From Candidatus Bathyarchaeota archaeon (GTDB taxonomy: Archaea > Thermoproteota > Bathyarchaeia > Bathyarchaeales > Bathycorpusculaceae): DNA of 59,774 nt. Below the pieces are notes generated by a model. That model was not told where the DNA came from and made no database searches. It saw only the letters and a list, made by a program, of their open reading frames with translations. Below are positions 9,802-20,201 of this stretch, piece after piece. Position 1 is the stretch's first letter, and every line of letters begins with the position of its first letter. The stretch spans positions 1 to 59,774 of the forward strand of contig CAVZPM010000008.1 of the NCBI GenBank assembly GCA_963777155.1, given 5' to 3'. The translations under genes and the position numbers were made by a program.

Positions 9802-10071
9802 TTAGAGCAGAGCTATTTTTACTATATTTCTTTTCTCAAGCCTTCGCAGTGCATCGAGGCACTCGTCTTTTTTCTCGCCGGTGATAGCTAGGTTGGTCAT
9901 TATTTCTTTGACTGAGACGCCTGGTTTACCGAAGTTTTCGTGACGCTTGTAGAGGTGTTTAACAATGGATTTTTCGAGTTTGCCACATCGCCATGTAGTA
10001 TTGCGGATCAGGAAAACGATGGTTTGAACAAGAGTCTGCTCGTTAGATTTTCTTCCTCGGGTTTCTCCCAA
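9802..10071 (-). CDS. Small hypothetical protein, possible winged helix (copy 2)
   Basis: TTG start after AAGGTG; DECLDALRRLEKRNIVKI helix-wing pattern. Confidence 0.65.
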   Translation of the reverse strand: MGETRGRKSNEQTLVQTIVFLIRNTTWRCGKLEKSIVKHLYKRHENFGKPGVSVKEIMTNLAITGEKKDECLDALRRLEKRNIVKIALL

Positions 10072-10144
10072 CTCTCCCCACCTTACCATTTTTTACGGTT
10101 TCATTTCATTTAAACGTTTGTCTCTTGAGGTAAGAGGGCTCTGT

Positions 10145-10594
10145 TTACAATATTTTTTTGAGGTACAAGCCATGTTTTGTGCCATAATACCTCTCTAGTT
10201 TGCCAACCGTCTGGTAACCAAGCGTGTGATAGAGTTTGATGGCTGCGTGGTTGTCTTCACGGACTTCCAAACGGCATTCATTTATGCTTTTTTGTTTCAG
10301 GAGGTTCTCCAGCTCATGAAGCATTCTTGTTGCGATTTTTTGGCGTCGAAAATTCGGAGTTACATTTATCGTTATTATGTGTCCAAACTCTGTGTTTTCC
10401 TCAACTTCCACCTGGGCAATAATGAATCCCACAATGTTATTGTCTGCTTTCGCCGCTAACGCAATGGTGTTGTAGTCGGTTAACAGATATGCTATCTGAC
10501 GTTTGCTAAATGCTTCCTGGTCAAAGCATTTCTCTTCGATCTTAAAGAGTTGGTCCAGAAGCTTTAGAGAAGCAGTTTCGATTTTTACTTCCAT
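10145..10594 (-). CDS. rimI: RimI/Ard1-like GNAT acetyltransferase (copy 2)
   Basis: Differs from copy 1 at 4 residues. Confidence 0.85.
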   Translation of the reverse strand: MEVKIETASLKLLDQLFKIEEKCFDQEAFSKRQIAYLLTDYNTIALAAKADNNIVGFIIAQVEVEENTEFGHIITINVTPNFRRQKIATRMLHELENLLKQKSINECRLEVREDNHAAIKLYHTLGYQTVGKLERYYGTKHGLYLKKIL

Positions 10595-10612
10595 CTTGCT
10601 GGTCTATAATAA

Positions 10613-11695
10613 TTAGGGTTGAGGAAACATTTTAGTTTTTTCTGTATCAGCTGAAGTGAATACAGCTGGTTTTAGTTCAAGATATTGCTGGGCTGCGAAA
10701 CCGATGAAAAAGCGGAACCACAATGTTATAATTCTTACGAGTATTGTGGCTGTAGCGGCTAAGGGACCATAGATACCCATGGAAATATAGAGCGTAGTCA
10801 TAACTGCCTCTGGCAATCCAACCTCAAAAGGTACACCAATTGGTATAGCTTTAACAGCTAAGAATATGGCTGAAGTAACGATAATTATGCTCCATGTAAC
10901 GGGGTGGCCTAGTGATTGGAATACAAGGTATGGTATGCTTAAACTGAAAAACCAAGAAACCACTAAGAAAAACACGGATCCAGCTATAGGTTTTGGGGTG
11001 TGTCTAAATTGTATCATTGAATCGTGAAAGTGTTGAGTGGCTTCGATGGCTTGTCCTGTCAGTTTTGTAAGCTTTACTTTTCCAAATGTAATTTTATTAA
11101 CAGCATGTATTGCGAAATCTACTACTTTTAGGGTCCATTGTTGCTTGAATGATAAAACCAGCATCAGACCGATTATTCCTACGATTACCGCGGCTACTAA
11201 TACAATTGCATTAAAAACTAATGGGTTCACATTTCCACCCCGTGTAAGCAATATTATTCCAGCGATAAGGGCTACAACGTTTAGCACCATGCCAAGAAGT
11301 CTATGAGTAAAGAGTGAGGCTACTACTTTTCCGAATGGACCACATTTGTCTCTTGTACAAAGGTAAGTTCGGGTTACTTCTCCGCTTATGGATTGTGCTG
11401 GAACGATGGTGTCAACATATATGCCGTACCAAACGTAGAGGTAAGCCCTCACAATACTGATTCTTATTTTAAGGTAGTTGGTTAGGACTTGCCAAGAAAC
11501 TGTAAAGAAAAAAACTTCTATCAAACCCAAAGCTATCGCAATTGCGTAGATAAGTGGATCTGCAGTTTTCGCAGTATTGAGAATTCCCAAGATATCTACT
11601 TTGAACAGATAAATATAGAGGAAAAACCCCACCAAGCCTAATAACGGAAAAACAGCTGTCTTCCAAGTTAACTTAGGCTTAGCAGGAGCTTCCAA
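10613..11695 (-). CDS. UPF0104 flippase-like membrane protein (copy 2)
   Basis: Same length and motifs as copy 1; divergent N-terminal ~85 aa. Confidence 0.8.
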   Translation of the reverse strand: MEAPAKPKLTWKTAVFPLLGLVGFFLYIYLFKVDILGILNTAKTADPLIYAIAIALGLIEVFFFTVSWQVLTNYLKIRISIVRAYLYVWYGIYVDTIVPAQSISGEVTRTYLCTRDKCGPFGKVVASLFTHRLLGMVLNVVALIAGIILLTRGGNVNPLVFNAIVLVAAVIVGIIGLMLVLSFKQQWTLKVVDFAIHAVNKITFGKVKLTKLTGQAIEATQHFHDSMIQFRHTPKPIAGSVFFLVVSWFFSLSIPYLVFQSLGHPVTWSIIIVTSAIFLAVKAIPIGVPFEVGLPEAVMTTLYISMGIYGPLAATATILVRIITLWFRFFIGFAAQQYLELKPAVFTSADTEKTKMFPQP

Positions 11696-12041
11696 TAGAC
11701 TTTTTCACCAGCGTTTAACGAAGAGGAATAAACAAGCAATTATATACTTTACCCAAATCTAAACCAACACTTTTCTCCAACCAAGCAAACCCTGATTTTT
11801 TCTTTATCTCATTGTTTAAAAACATGATTTTCTAACATGCAATTGGTTGCAAAAATCGATAATGCTGACCTCCCCGCTCCAAGCAGACAAATCCAACTTT
11901 ATGTAAGGAGAAAGTAGCAAACTCAGTTCACTGATGTTTCTGAGGTAAATGATCTTTGAAAGTCTTGACCCTAGAGCTTTCATTTCTTTATGGTAATGTT
12001 TTAATTGTTAGGGCTTCTAACCAGTAAACAGGTCTTCAAAA

Positions 12042-13815
12042 TTGAGCAGTGAAGGTAAATCTTCCAAACCAGAATGCGACAAGTTCGTTGCAATTAATGA
12101 ATTAGCTAAGCGAAGGGGTTTCTTTTGGTCGTCATTTGAAATTTATGGCGGCAGTGGCGGTTTTGTAACTTACGGTCCGCTTGGTTCACGCCTAAAGCAG
12201 AATGTTGAAGCGAAACTCAGGGAATTATTCGTTAAAAAAATCGGAATTTATGAGATGGAGAACTCGGTCATTGCACCAGGCAAGGTTTTTGAAGCATCTG
12301 GTCACGTTGACCATTTTAAGGAGCCGATGGTAGAGTGCCAAAACTGCCATCAACGCTTCCGAGCAGACCACTTGCTTGAGGAAAAAGGCATCAGTAGTGC
12401 CGAAGCAGAAAAGATGACGCTTGAAGAGGTTGCGAAAGAGATTGAGGTACATGGCGTGGTTTGTCCTGACTGTAAAGGCAAATTCGGCGAACCCCAACGT
12501 TACTTAACAATGTTCCAAACCACCATTGGACCATATTCGGGAGCGGTTGGCTACGGCAGACCAGAGGCTGCACAGAATATCTTCGTGGAATTCAACAGGC
12601 TTTACACTACCGCACGCGAGCGTCTTCCGTTTGGTTGCATCCAGATTGGACATGCACTACGCAACGAGATTTCCCCGCGCCAAGGCTTAATCCGACTACG
12701 CGAATTCACGATTGCCGATTTAGAATTCTTCTTCGACCCCGCGGAGCCATGCTGTGATAAGTTACAAGAAGTTGAAAGCGAAGTCTTGCCCATCCTGCTT
12801 TGCGAGACGCGGCTCAAGGAATGCGAAGACATAACCAACTTAACAGTCCGAGAAGCCTTAGACAAAAAAATCATCCGTTCCGAATGGCAGGCTTTCTTCA
12901 TGGCGATGGCAAAACGCCTACTCACTGAACTTGGTGTACCTGCGGACAAGCAGCGCTTCATTGAGAAACTCACATGGGAAAAAGCCCATTATAGCAGCCA
13001 AAGCTTCGATCAGGAAGTACTCGTTGACCGTTGGGGCTGGGTTGAGGTTTCTGGGCATGCTTACCGCACAGACTATGACTTGAGTAGCCATATGAAAGCC
13101 AGCGGCGTAGACATGACGGTTTACAAGGAATACGCGACCCCAGTCGAGAAGGAAGAGCTTACGGTTAGAGCCAATTATGGCTAAACTTGGTCCAATCCAC
13201 AAAGGCGACGCAGGGAAAGTTGCTGCGGCGCTTGCTAGGGTTCCAGCGCAGGAAGTGGCAGATGCCCTGAAGAAAGACGGCAGTTACATGGCTGGAAACT
13301 ATCAGGTTTTACCCGAACAGATAGATATTAGTAGACAAAAAACCATAGTGCGCGGAGCCCGTTTCGTACCCCACGTCGTGGAACCCAGCTTTGGCTTGGA
13401 CAGGCTGTTCTACGTGGCGCTTGAGTACGCTTACAACGTGAAAGACGACCGTGTAGTTATGAGTTTCCCACGTAGCATCGCGCCAATCCAAGTCGGTGTT
13501 TATCCATTGATGGGCAAAGATGGTTTAGACATCAAAGCTGAGGAAGTCCAGAAGCTACTTACAAATGAAGGCTTCATGACGGAGTACGATGAAACAGGCT
13601 CGATTGGCAGACGGTACGCAAGAGCCGACGAAGCAGGTGTACAACTTGGCATAACAATAGACTATGACACCCTAAACGACGCAACAGTTACCATACGCGA
13701 CAGAGACTCTTGGCAGCAAATCCGAACTGCGATCAAGGATTTACCTGAGCAATTGCACAAATACTTCGAAGGAAAACTCAACTTTGAGCAATTGGGAACT
13801 ATAATCAAAACTTAG
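12042..13815 (+). CDS. glyS: Glycyl-tRNA synthetase (copy 2, one +1 frameshift near 13168)
   Basis: ORFs 12042-13184 and 13177-13815 align end-to-end with copy 1. Confidence 0.92.
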
Positions 13816-13890
13816 GTAGCTACCTTTTTTAATGTTTACACGAATAGTAGACTGATTAATTTAGGGACTGTTATAAACGGGGGAATAAGT

Positions 13891-14550
13891 TTGGTACTTC
13901 CAGCAGAAACAGAAGAGCGCGTGAAGCGTCGAGCGCTTAATGCTTGTCAAGATAACTTACGTAAGGTTGTTGATGTCTCAAGAAAAATCCCTCAACTAGT
14001 CGAGTTTTTTGCAAGCGGCGACAAAGAAAACGCCCGCAGACTTTTCAGCGAAATCAAAACAGGAGAAGAAGAAGTCATCAAAGCACGGCGCATGGTGTCT
14101 CAGGAGCTGGCAGAAATAGGCGCTATCCTGATTGCTCGCGAAGACTTCTTACGATTCACAAACTTATCGAGTGAAATAGCCGACTTCTCAGAAGGCATCG
14201 CCTACTACTTGGTCGAAATCATGGAGCACAACTGGGTCATATCTTCCGAAGTCAAAAAAGATCTCCTCAAACTATCCCTAGCCGTACTTGACTCGGTCCT
14301 TAAACTCCGTGAAACCATGATGGTGCTAAATTATGGTCCGCAGAAAACCCTTGAACGCGCCAAAGATGTAGAAATAGCCGAGCGTATAGTCGACGACAAT
14401 TTTAGGGCATTAACTATAAAAGTTCTAAGCAGCAAATTCGAGGTACCTGTTCTCCTTCTTTTGAGAGATGTCCTTCAACTGCTTGAAAACTCTGCTGACA
14501 AAGCTGAAGACGCAGCTGACGCTGCATCTACAATCTCATTTATTATGTAA
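13891..14550 (+). CDS. DUF47/PhoU-like protein (copy 2, intact)
   Basis: As copy 1, with native C-terminus. Confidence 0.8.
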   Translation: MVLPAETEERVKRRALNACQDNLRKVVDVSRKIPQLVEFFASGDKENARRLFSEIKTGEEEVIKARRMVSQELAEIGAILIAREDFLRFTNLSSEIADFSEGIAYYLVEIMEHNWVISSEVKKDLLKLSLAVLDSVLKLRETMMVLNYGPQKTLERAKDVEIAERIVDDNFRALTIKVLSSKFEVPVLLLLRDVLQLLENSADKAEDAADAASTISFIM

Positions 14551-14565
14551 CTAAGAGCGACGCAG

Positions 14566-15147
14566 ATGCCGAAAACCAAGGTTGAACTCATCGAAAACTT
14601 CCTTGTCGTATGGGATCCCGCTGAAGGCTCCGAGCTCTATAAGACCGCCTACTATGGTAAACCAGTCGGCATACCAAAACCAAAGATCCCTGAGTTTGAT
14701 GTACCACTTGTTTTGGATTTGATGGAGGGTCTCTACCTTGTGGAGATCAAGCGGATCGACGTTTACGAGAACCCCGACGAATCGACGGTTAGTCTGAGGA
14801 GGCTGCGGCAAAAAGCTAAACAACTCTACGATGGGTTCGAAGAAAAATATGCTGTTTACCGTGATCTCCGAGACAGCGGCTTAATCGTTACTCCTGGTAT
14901 AAAGTTTGGTTGTGACTTCGCAGTTTACAAATACGGTCCAGGCGTGGAACATGCTCCATACATGGTCACGGTTAAGAAGGCAGGATCCGATATTTCTGCT
15001 ACGGAAATCGTGAAGAACGGCAGGTTAGCAACCACTGTACGTAAACGCTTTATAATCGCGGTACCTGATTTGGCTTCAAAGGAAATTAAGTACTTGATTT
15101 TCAAGTGGTTTAAGGCTGAGAGTTTTTTTAAATTCCACAAGATATGA
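14566..15147 (+). CDS. endA: tRNA-intron endonuclease, catalytic subunit
   Basis: YAVYRDLRDSG, PGIKFGCDFAVY, EHAPY, RLATTVRK with catalytic Y/H/K. Confidence 0.92.
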   Translation: MPKTKVELIENFLVVWDPAEGSELYKTAYYGKPVGIPKPKIPEFDVPLVLDLMEGLYLVEIKRIDVYENPDESTVSLRRLRQKAKQLYDGFEEKYAVYRDLRDSGLIVTPGIKFGCDFAVYKYGPGVEHAPYMVTVKKAGSDISATEIVKNGRLATTVRKRFIIAVPDLASKEIKYLIFKWFKAESFFKFHKI

Positions 15148-15435
15148 GTCGATAACCCTCTTTGAGAATCCCTAACTTACTTACTAAAGGCGTAATTGTT
15201 TTTTCTGCTTGAGTTAGTGAAGAAACACTTACTAAACTCAACATTTTGTTGTTGCGTTGTGTTGTCGTGTTGCGTTGCTTGTGGGGTGCTAGGGTAGTAT
15301 TATAGTAAGAGTAGTTGTTTAGTTGAAGAGAGAGAAAAAATTAAGAAATAATCCAAACTGAACTCAAAGGTTTAGGCGTTAGTTTGATGTACAGTTCTTG
15401 AAATTAATGCTAATTTTCCAATCTATAGGTAAAGT

Positions 15436-16731
15436 TTAGTTTGCTATTATGGTTTGGTTTTGGAATTCTCCTCGGATGGTTTGGTGGGGGTAAATTTTCG
15501 TAGCGGTCAGGGAGCAGCCTTCTTCGAGTATAACGTCGTCGGCAATGACGCTGACTGCAGTTATTTTGGTGGGTTTATGACAATTCGAGTTAACCACAAC
15601 GTGTCTCCCGATGATGCTGTCATAGATTTCAGCGTTTTCGCCGATTATAACTCGGTCCATGACGGCTGAGTTAGCAACTACGGCATTCTTGCCTATACGC
15701 GTGAAGTCATCGATGCATGAATTAACGATTCGTGCGCCATCCTCAATCTGGCAGTGACGTCCAATCAACACTGCTCCTTCAATCTGAATTCTCTTCTGTT
15801 TAATTTTTCGTATGATCTCTTGCCGGCGTTTCTCTGAATCGGTGCTTTCGCCCTGCACCCAAATGGGTTGGGTCTCGTTTAGTCTGCCGCCGAAGTCGTT
15901 GAGCGTTGATAATCCGCCTCCCAGCAGGTTCTTCATGGCTTCCAAGTAACTCTTGGGTGTGCCCACATCAAACCAACTACCCTTTAACGTGTATCCATAC
16001 ACTGGGCGTCCCGTTGAAATGACGTAGGGTATGAAGTCGTACCCGAAGTCTAAGCGGTTCTTTTCCTTGATGATTTGCTGGATGCCTTTTTCGCGGAAAA
16101 TCTTTCGTATTTCAGGTGACAGTACATACAAGCCGGTGTTGGCAAGGTTGCTTGGTGCATCTTTTGGCGCTGGTTTTTCGACGAAACGTTGGATGCGCTC
16201 GTTCTTGTCGATGTCGGCTATGCCTAAGCCTTCGACGTTATCTACTTCCCGTAGCACAATAGTTAAGCAAGCGCCTTTTTCCTTGTGGAAATCTATTAGG
16301 CTTTTGACTTTTATGTCAAAGATGTTATCGCCTTGCACTGCGAAGACGGGGTTGTTGAGATCGTAGTAGTCGATGTTTATGCGTGCGGAATCTGCGCTGC
16401 CTAAATCTGGCACGTTAGGTTGATATTTTATGTGGATTCGTGGTTTGATGTTGTATCGTGCGCTGAATCCGTAGCCTGACTCGAAGTAGTCATAGAGGTC
16501 TCGGTAGTTGGTGTAGCCTTTGACGCCGAAGATAAAGTTGCGGATGCCTTGGCTTGCAAGTGAGAGCAATGAAAACTCAACCAGCGGCCTGTTAAGTAAG
16601 CGTAGGCAGGCTTTGCTGGTTTCCGCTGTCAAGGGTAGAAGACGTGTGGCTTTTCCGCCGACCGGAATGATTACCCTGATTTTTTCTGGGGCATAGCTGT
16701 CTCCGAGGAGGGGTGCATAATTATCGCTCAA
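15436..16731 (-). CDS. NDP-sugar synthase (mannose/glucose-1-phosphate nucleotidyltransferase family) with hexapeptide C-domain
   Basis: GGKATRLLPLT...SK, QGDN, FVEKP, ANTGLY, WFDVGTP. Confidence 0.88.
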   Translation of the reverse strand: MSDNYAPLLGDSYAPEKIRVIIPVGGKATRLLPLTAETSKACLRLLNRPLVEFSLLSLASQGIRNFIFGVKGYTNYRDLYDYFESGYGFSARYNIKPRIHIKYQPNVPDLGSADSARINIDYYDLNNPVFAVQGDNIFDIKVKSLIDFHKEKGACLTIVLREVDNVEGLGIADIDKNERIQRFVEKPAPKDAPSNLANTGLYVLSPEIRKIFREKGIQQIIKEKNRLDFGYDFIPYVISTGRPVYGYTLKGSWFDVGTPKSYLEAMKNLLGGGLSTLNDFGGRLNETQPIWVQGESTDSEKRRQEIIRKIKQKRIQIEGAVLIGRHCQIEDGARIVNSCIDDFTRIGKNAVVANSAVMDRVIIGENAEIYDSIIGRHVVVNSNCHKPTKITAVSVIADDVILEEGCSLTATKIYPHQTIRGEFQNQTIIAN

Positions 16732-16964
16732 ATGATCACCGACAATTTGTATAGGAATATGGCGTTATCAATCTTTTTAAACTCTCTTATTAAGCAATGA
16801 TACTTAACCCTTTTCTTTTCTTGTTTTTTGGTGAAGGAATCGATTCAACCTTGTTTTCTTCCCGAGGATGTTTTACTTACAGGATAACAATTAATAAAAT
16901 GGTTGTAAATGGAATTTTTATAACTAACCTTTACTAACATAGGTATCCTGAACGGTTAGAGTAC

Positions 16965-17816
16965 ATGAACAAACTTGGCGGCTTCGTACGCTTAATGCGA
17001 CCAGTCAACTGCATAATGATGGGTTTCGCCGTACTTGTAGGTGCAGTTCTTGCCGCTCCCCAATGGAGCAGCCTAAACTGGCAAAGCATTCTTTTCGGTT
17101 TTCTAACTGGATTCACCTTCTGCGCAGCCGCTATGGTAATCAACGACTATTACGACCGCAAAATCGACGCGATCAACGAGCCGTTACGACCAATCCCCAG
17201 TGGCACAGTAAAACCTGGTGAAGCTTTGGGTTTTATGGGTGTACTTGTTGCGGTAGGCTTTGTTTTCGCAGGGTTGGTTAGTGTCCTATGTTTTGCTGTG
17301 GCCGCGGTATCTTTGGCGATAACAGCAACTTACATTACAGTAGGAAAACGAAGCGGGTTACCTGGAAACTTTTTAGTCAGCATCTGCGTAGCTATCCCCT
17401 TCATTTACGGCAGTGTAACCGTTACGGGCACTGTTGGGTTGAATGTGCTGTTGTTCGCATCTATGGCTTTCCTTTCTAATACAGGGAGGGAAATCACTAA
17501 AGGTATTGTGGATGTGAAGGGTGACAGAGCTGAAGGCGTTAAGACTCTTGCAGTGAGGTTCGGAGAAAAGAATGCAGCTATTGGGGCAGGGGTATTCTTT
17601 GTTTCTGCTGTTGTCTTAACACCTATCACTTGGTTTCTGGGGCTAGTCGGCTTCTGGTTTATTCCGTTTGTTTTATGTACTGACATTGGTCTGATCATTT
17701 GTTCAGGGCTTTTGCTTCTGGATCATTCGAGGGAAAAAGCACGTAGAATCAAGAGAGTGGTGCTTTACTTGTTCTTGGTTGGGTTGATAGCATACATCTT
17801 CGGGGTTTTCAAATAA
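16965..17816 (+). CDS. Digeranylgeranylglyceryl phosphate synthase (UbiA family)
   Basis: LMRPVN, INDYYDRKIDAINEPLRPIPSG, REITKGIVDVKGD. Confidence 0.88.
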   Translation: MNKLGGFVRLMRPVNCIMMGFAVLVGAVLAAPQWSSLNWQSILFGFLTGFTFCAAAMVINDYYDRKIDAINEPLRPIPSGTVKPGEALGFMGVLVAVGFVFAGLVSVLCFAVAAVSLAITATYITVGKRSGLPGNFLVSICVAIPFIYGSVTVTGTVGLNVLLFASMAFLSNTGREITKGIVDVKGDRAEGVKTLAVRFGEKNAAIGAGVFFVSAVVLTPITWFLGLVGFWFIPFVLCTDIGLIICSGLLLLDHSREKARRIKRVVLYLFLVGLIAYIFGVFK

Positions 17817-18232
17817 ATAATATCAGCTTAAGCATTACAAACAAAAACTTCTAGAATAACCTAAACATATTAGCCGCGAGCTTCCAATGAATTTTGCTTC
17901 CTGGTTAAGTAGAAATATAATCTCGCCTTCAAGTAGACTCAAGATTGTAGAAGAACAAAAACGCGCAATTCCGGGAAAAAAATTGTTTTTGTTCTTCAAA
18001 ACTTAAACTAAGCCCAAATGAAATAAATGGAACTGGAATCCGAATTGCGTTATCTTCGTTCTTCCCTTAAGACGAAAATATCCAGGCAGTGAATAGTCAA
18101 TTAATGAAAAAATACGCAAATTTATTTTGCATCAAACGATATTACGGTAGTTGAGTTTCCATGTATATATCTACATGTTAACAAGAATTAAGTACTCCAT
18201 AGTACTGAATCAACATTCAAGAGGATATTTAC

Positions 18233-18881
18233 ATGTCTGAACGTTTCGCAAAGAAATGGGAAAAACCAAGAGAAGGAGATTCATTCAGCAAACAAATACA
18301 AAACACAATCCAGCCACCACCACCACTGAAGGCAGCTTTAGACAACGCCTGCAGAAAACTAGACCTTCAAATCAGCAAACTCGATCAAGCAAACGAACGC
18401 TTCACGCAAAAAGACAAAGCACTTTTTGCCAAAATCGTCGATGCGTACACCAAACATGATTCTGCACATGCTAACATTTACTCCATTGAGCTTGCTGAAA
18501 TCCGCAAAGTGTCCAAGCTCATTATGAACGCAAGGCTTGCACTAGACCAAGTAGCATCTAAGAATGCGCACAGTAACCGAACTAGGTGACGTCGTTGCAG
18601 CATTGGGACCATGCATTGGCGTTCTACGCAGTGTCAGCACAGGGTTAGGCGGAGTTTTACCTGAAGCAGAAGGGGAACTCGGCGATATCGGCAACATGCT
18701 AAGCGGCTTAATGTTTGAAGCAGGATCAAGCAGTGGAATGTCACTCAACTTTGACACAGTAAATGAAGACGCCTCAAAAATCCTATCCGAAGCAGCAACA
18801 GTTGCAGAACAAAGAGTCAGCGCAAACTTCCCAGACTTACCACCTGGAATGCCCGGCTCAGCAAACAAGACAAGATCTTAG
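18233..18881 (+). CDS. Snf7/ESCRT-III family CdvB paralog (frameshift near 18557)
   Basis: ANIYSIELAEIRK...ARLALDQV-LRMRTVTELGD; C-terminal KILSEAATVAEQRVSANFPDLP typical of CdvB1/B2-like proteins. Confidence 0.85.
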
Positions 18882-19051
18882 AAAGCAAAACACTTCTCTC
18901 TAACCTCTTCTTTTCTTTTTTTTAATTTCCTTTCCAGTTTTTACAAACTTCAATTGAAGCAATGCTTATTTGAGATATATTTTCTTGGTTGCTGTTCTGC
19001 AAATTACACAAGTGTATTTCATACGGGAAAAAAGAGAATTGTTGTCGCAGA

Positions 19052-19504
19052 CTACCATCTGGTTGGGTGTTGATACCTGAAAACTGGCGTGGTCTGCTTT
19101 GCTTGTTCTACCTCAGCGAACATTTTAAGGTAGGCATTTGTTTTCTCTTCAACGAGCTTCTTTATCATACCCAACAACTCAGGAACAACAAAAGGCTTCG
19201 TTACATATCCATCAGCCTTCTCGTTTACTGATTTCGCTGCATTTTCAATGGATGGGTGTCCCGTGATGATTATTCTAACCATTTTTGGGCGCTTCTCATT
19301 TAGTATATGAAGAAGCTCCGTACCTTTAATGTCGGGTAACTCAACATCGATAAGAGCAACATCAAAAGGAGTCTTCTCGCACATACGGATGGCGTCTTTT
19401 CCATTTTCCGCGGTCTCAACTAAGTAATTCTCATCTTCCAGAATTAAAGCGAGCGTTTTTCTTACTTCTGGATCATCGTCAACAATTAGTGTGTTGATTA
19501 TCAA
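19052..19504 (-). CDS. Single-domain response regulator (receiver)
   Basis: LIVDDD, LIDVELPD, IIITG, YVTKPF. Confidence 0.9.
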   Translation of the reverse strand: MIINTLIVDDDPEVRKTLALILEDENYLVETAENGKDAIRMCEKTPFDVALIDVELPDIKGTELLHILNEKRPKMVRIIITGHPSIENAAKSVNEKADGYVTKPFVVPELLGMIKKLVEEKTNAYLKMFAEVEQAKQTTPVFRYQHPTRW

Positions 19505-19791
19505 TTCAAATCCCCCAAAGCTTATGTTGGTTCATTGGAACTAATAGTATGTTGACATAGATAATTGCTTTGTGAATTAGTAATATGAATCTAGTCACCA
19601 TAATAGATCGATTACCTCTTAATATGACAGAAACGAGCCACAACTTGGCTAATATGTTCTTTTTCTTCTGTAGGACTGATCATACTTCTGCCAACTTAAC
19701 CTTCTCTTAAAGATGTATTTTTTCTTGGGTTACTGTTCTAATTATTAGATGAAAATATCGAATAGTTGGACTGATTGCTTAGCCCTATAGA

Positions 19792-20116
19792 ATTGAGGGC
19801 TTGGCAAACCAACGAAACCCGATAGTCAAATAGGGGTAAGATGTTAACCTAATTGGAATAGGTGAGTCGCTGATTCGCCAAGGCAAGTAACAGATAAAAG
19901 TAATCAAAGATAAAAGAAAATGTGTGTGAATCTAAACAACAACAAGCATTGAGGGCTTGACAAACCACCTTAGATACCGAAGAGGAAGGGAAAATGAAAC
20001 AAAACCCTTAGTGATTCGCCAAGCCCTATCCTGTCAGGCTTTGCATTTGCTCCTGCAAACAAAAGGAAGCTGGAACACAGATAAAAGAAAATGTGGTAGT
20101 ACCTGAGCAACAACAA
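19792..20116 (-). repeat. Two tandem copies of a structured non-coding element
   Basis: Shared blocks ATTGAGGGCTTGRCAAACCA (19792, 19948), TGATTCGCCAAG (19871, 20012), AGATAAAAGAAAATGTG (19908, 20079), CAACAACAA (19937, 20108); 16-bp stems with G-U pairs on the minus strand. Confidence 0.7.
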
Positions 20117-20201
20117 ACCATCCACTTTCACTTTTCCCTCTACTATTCCATCAAGTTGCTTTAACAAATCGTCTTTTAAAGGCAAAGATAGACCTTATTT
20201 C

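Larger units (their letters stand above)
8747..14529 (+). repeat. Copy 2 of ~5.8 kb diverged tandem duplication
   Basis: Restarts mid malic enzyme at CCAAGGATCCGGATGAG and ends in the DUF47 3' end. Confidence 0.95.

Noticed and set aside
15246-15295. GTTG/CGTTG-rich tract
   Set aside because: Short low-complexity run between convergent genes with no regular period or spacers.
19797-19830. c-di-GMP-I riboswitch (GGCAAACC...GAAA)
   Set aside because: Downstream GACGCAAAG and P2 are missing, and pairing favours the minus strand.
19792-20116. CRISPR array
   Set aside because: Only two units with several separate conserved blocks; no constant repeat-spacer period and no cas genes.
19970-20185. 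71-aa minus-strand ORF
   Set aside because: No recognisable family; overlaps the repeat, and the frame is not maintained in the other unit.
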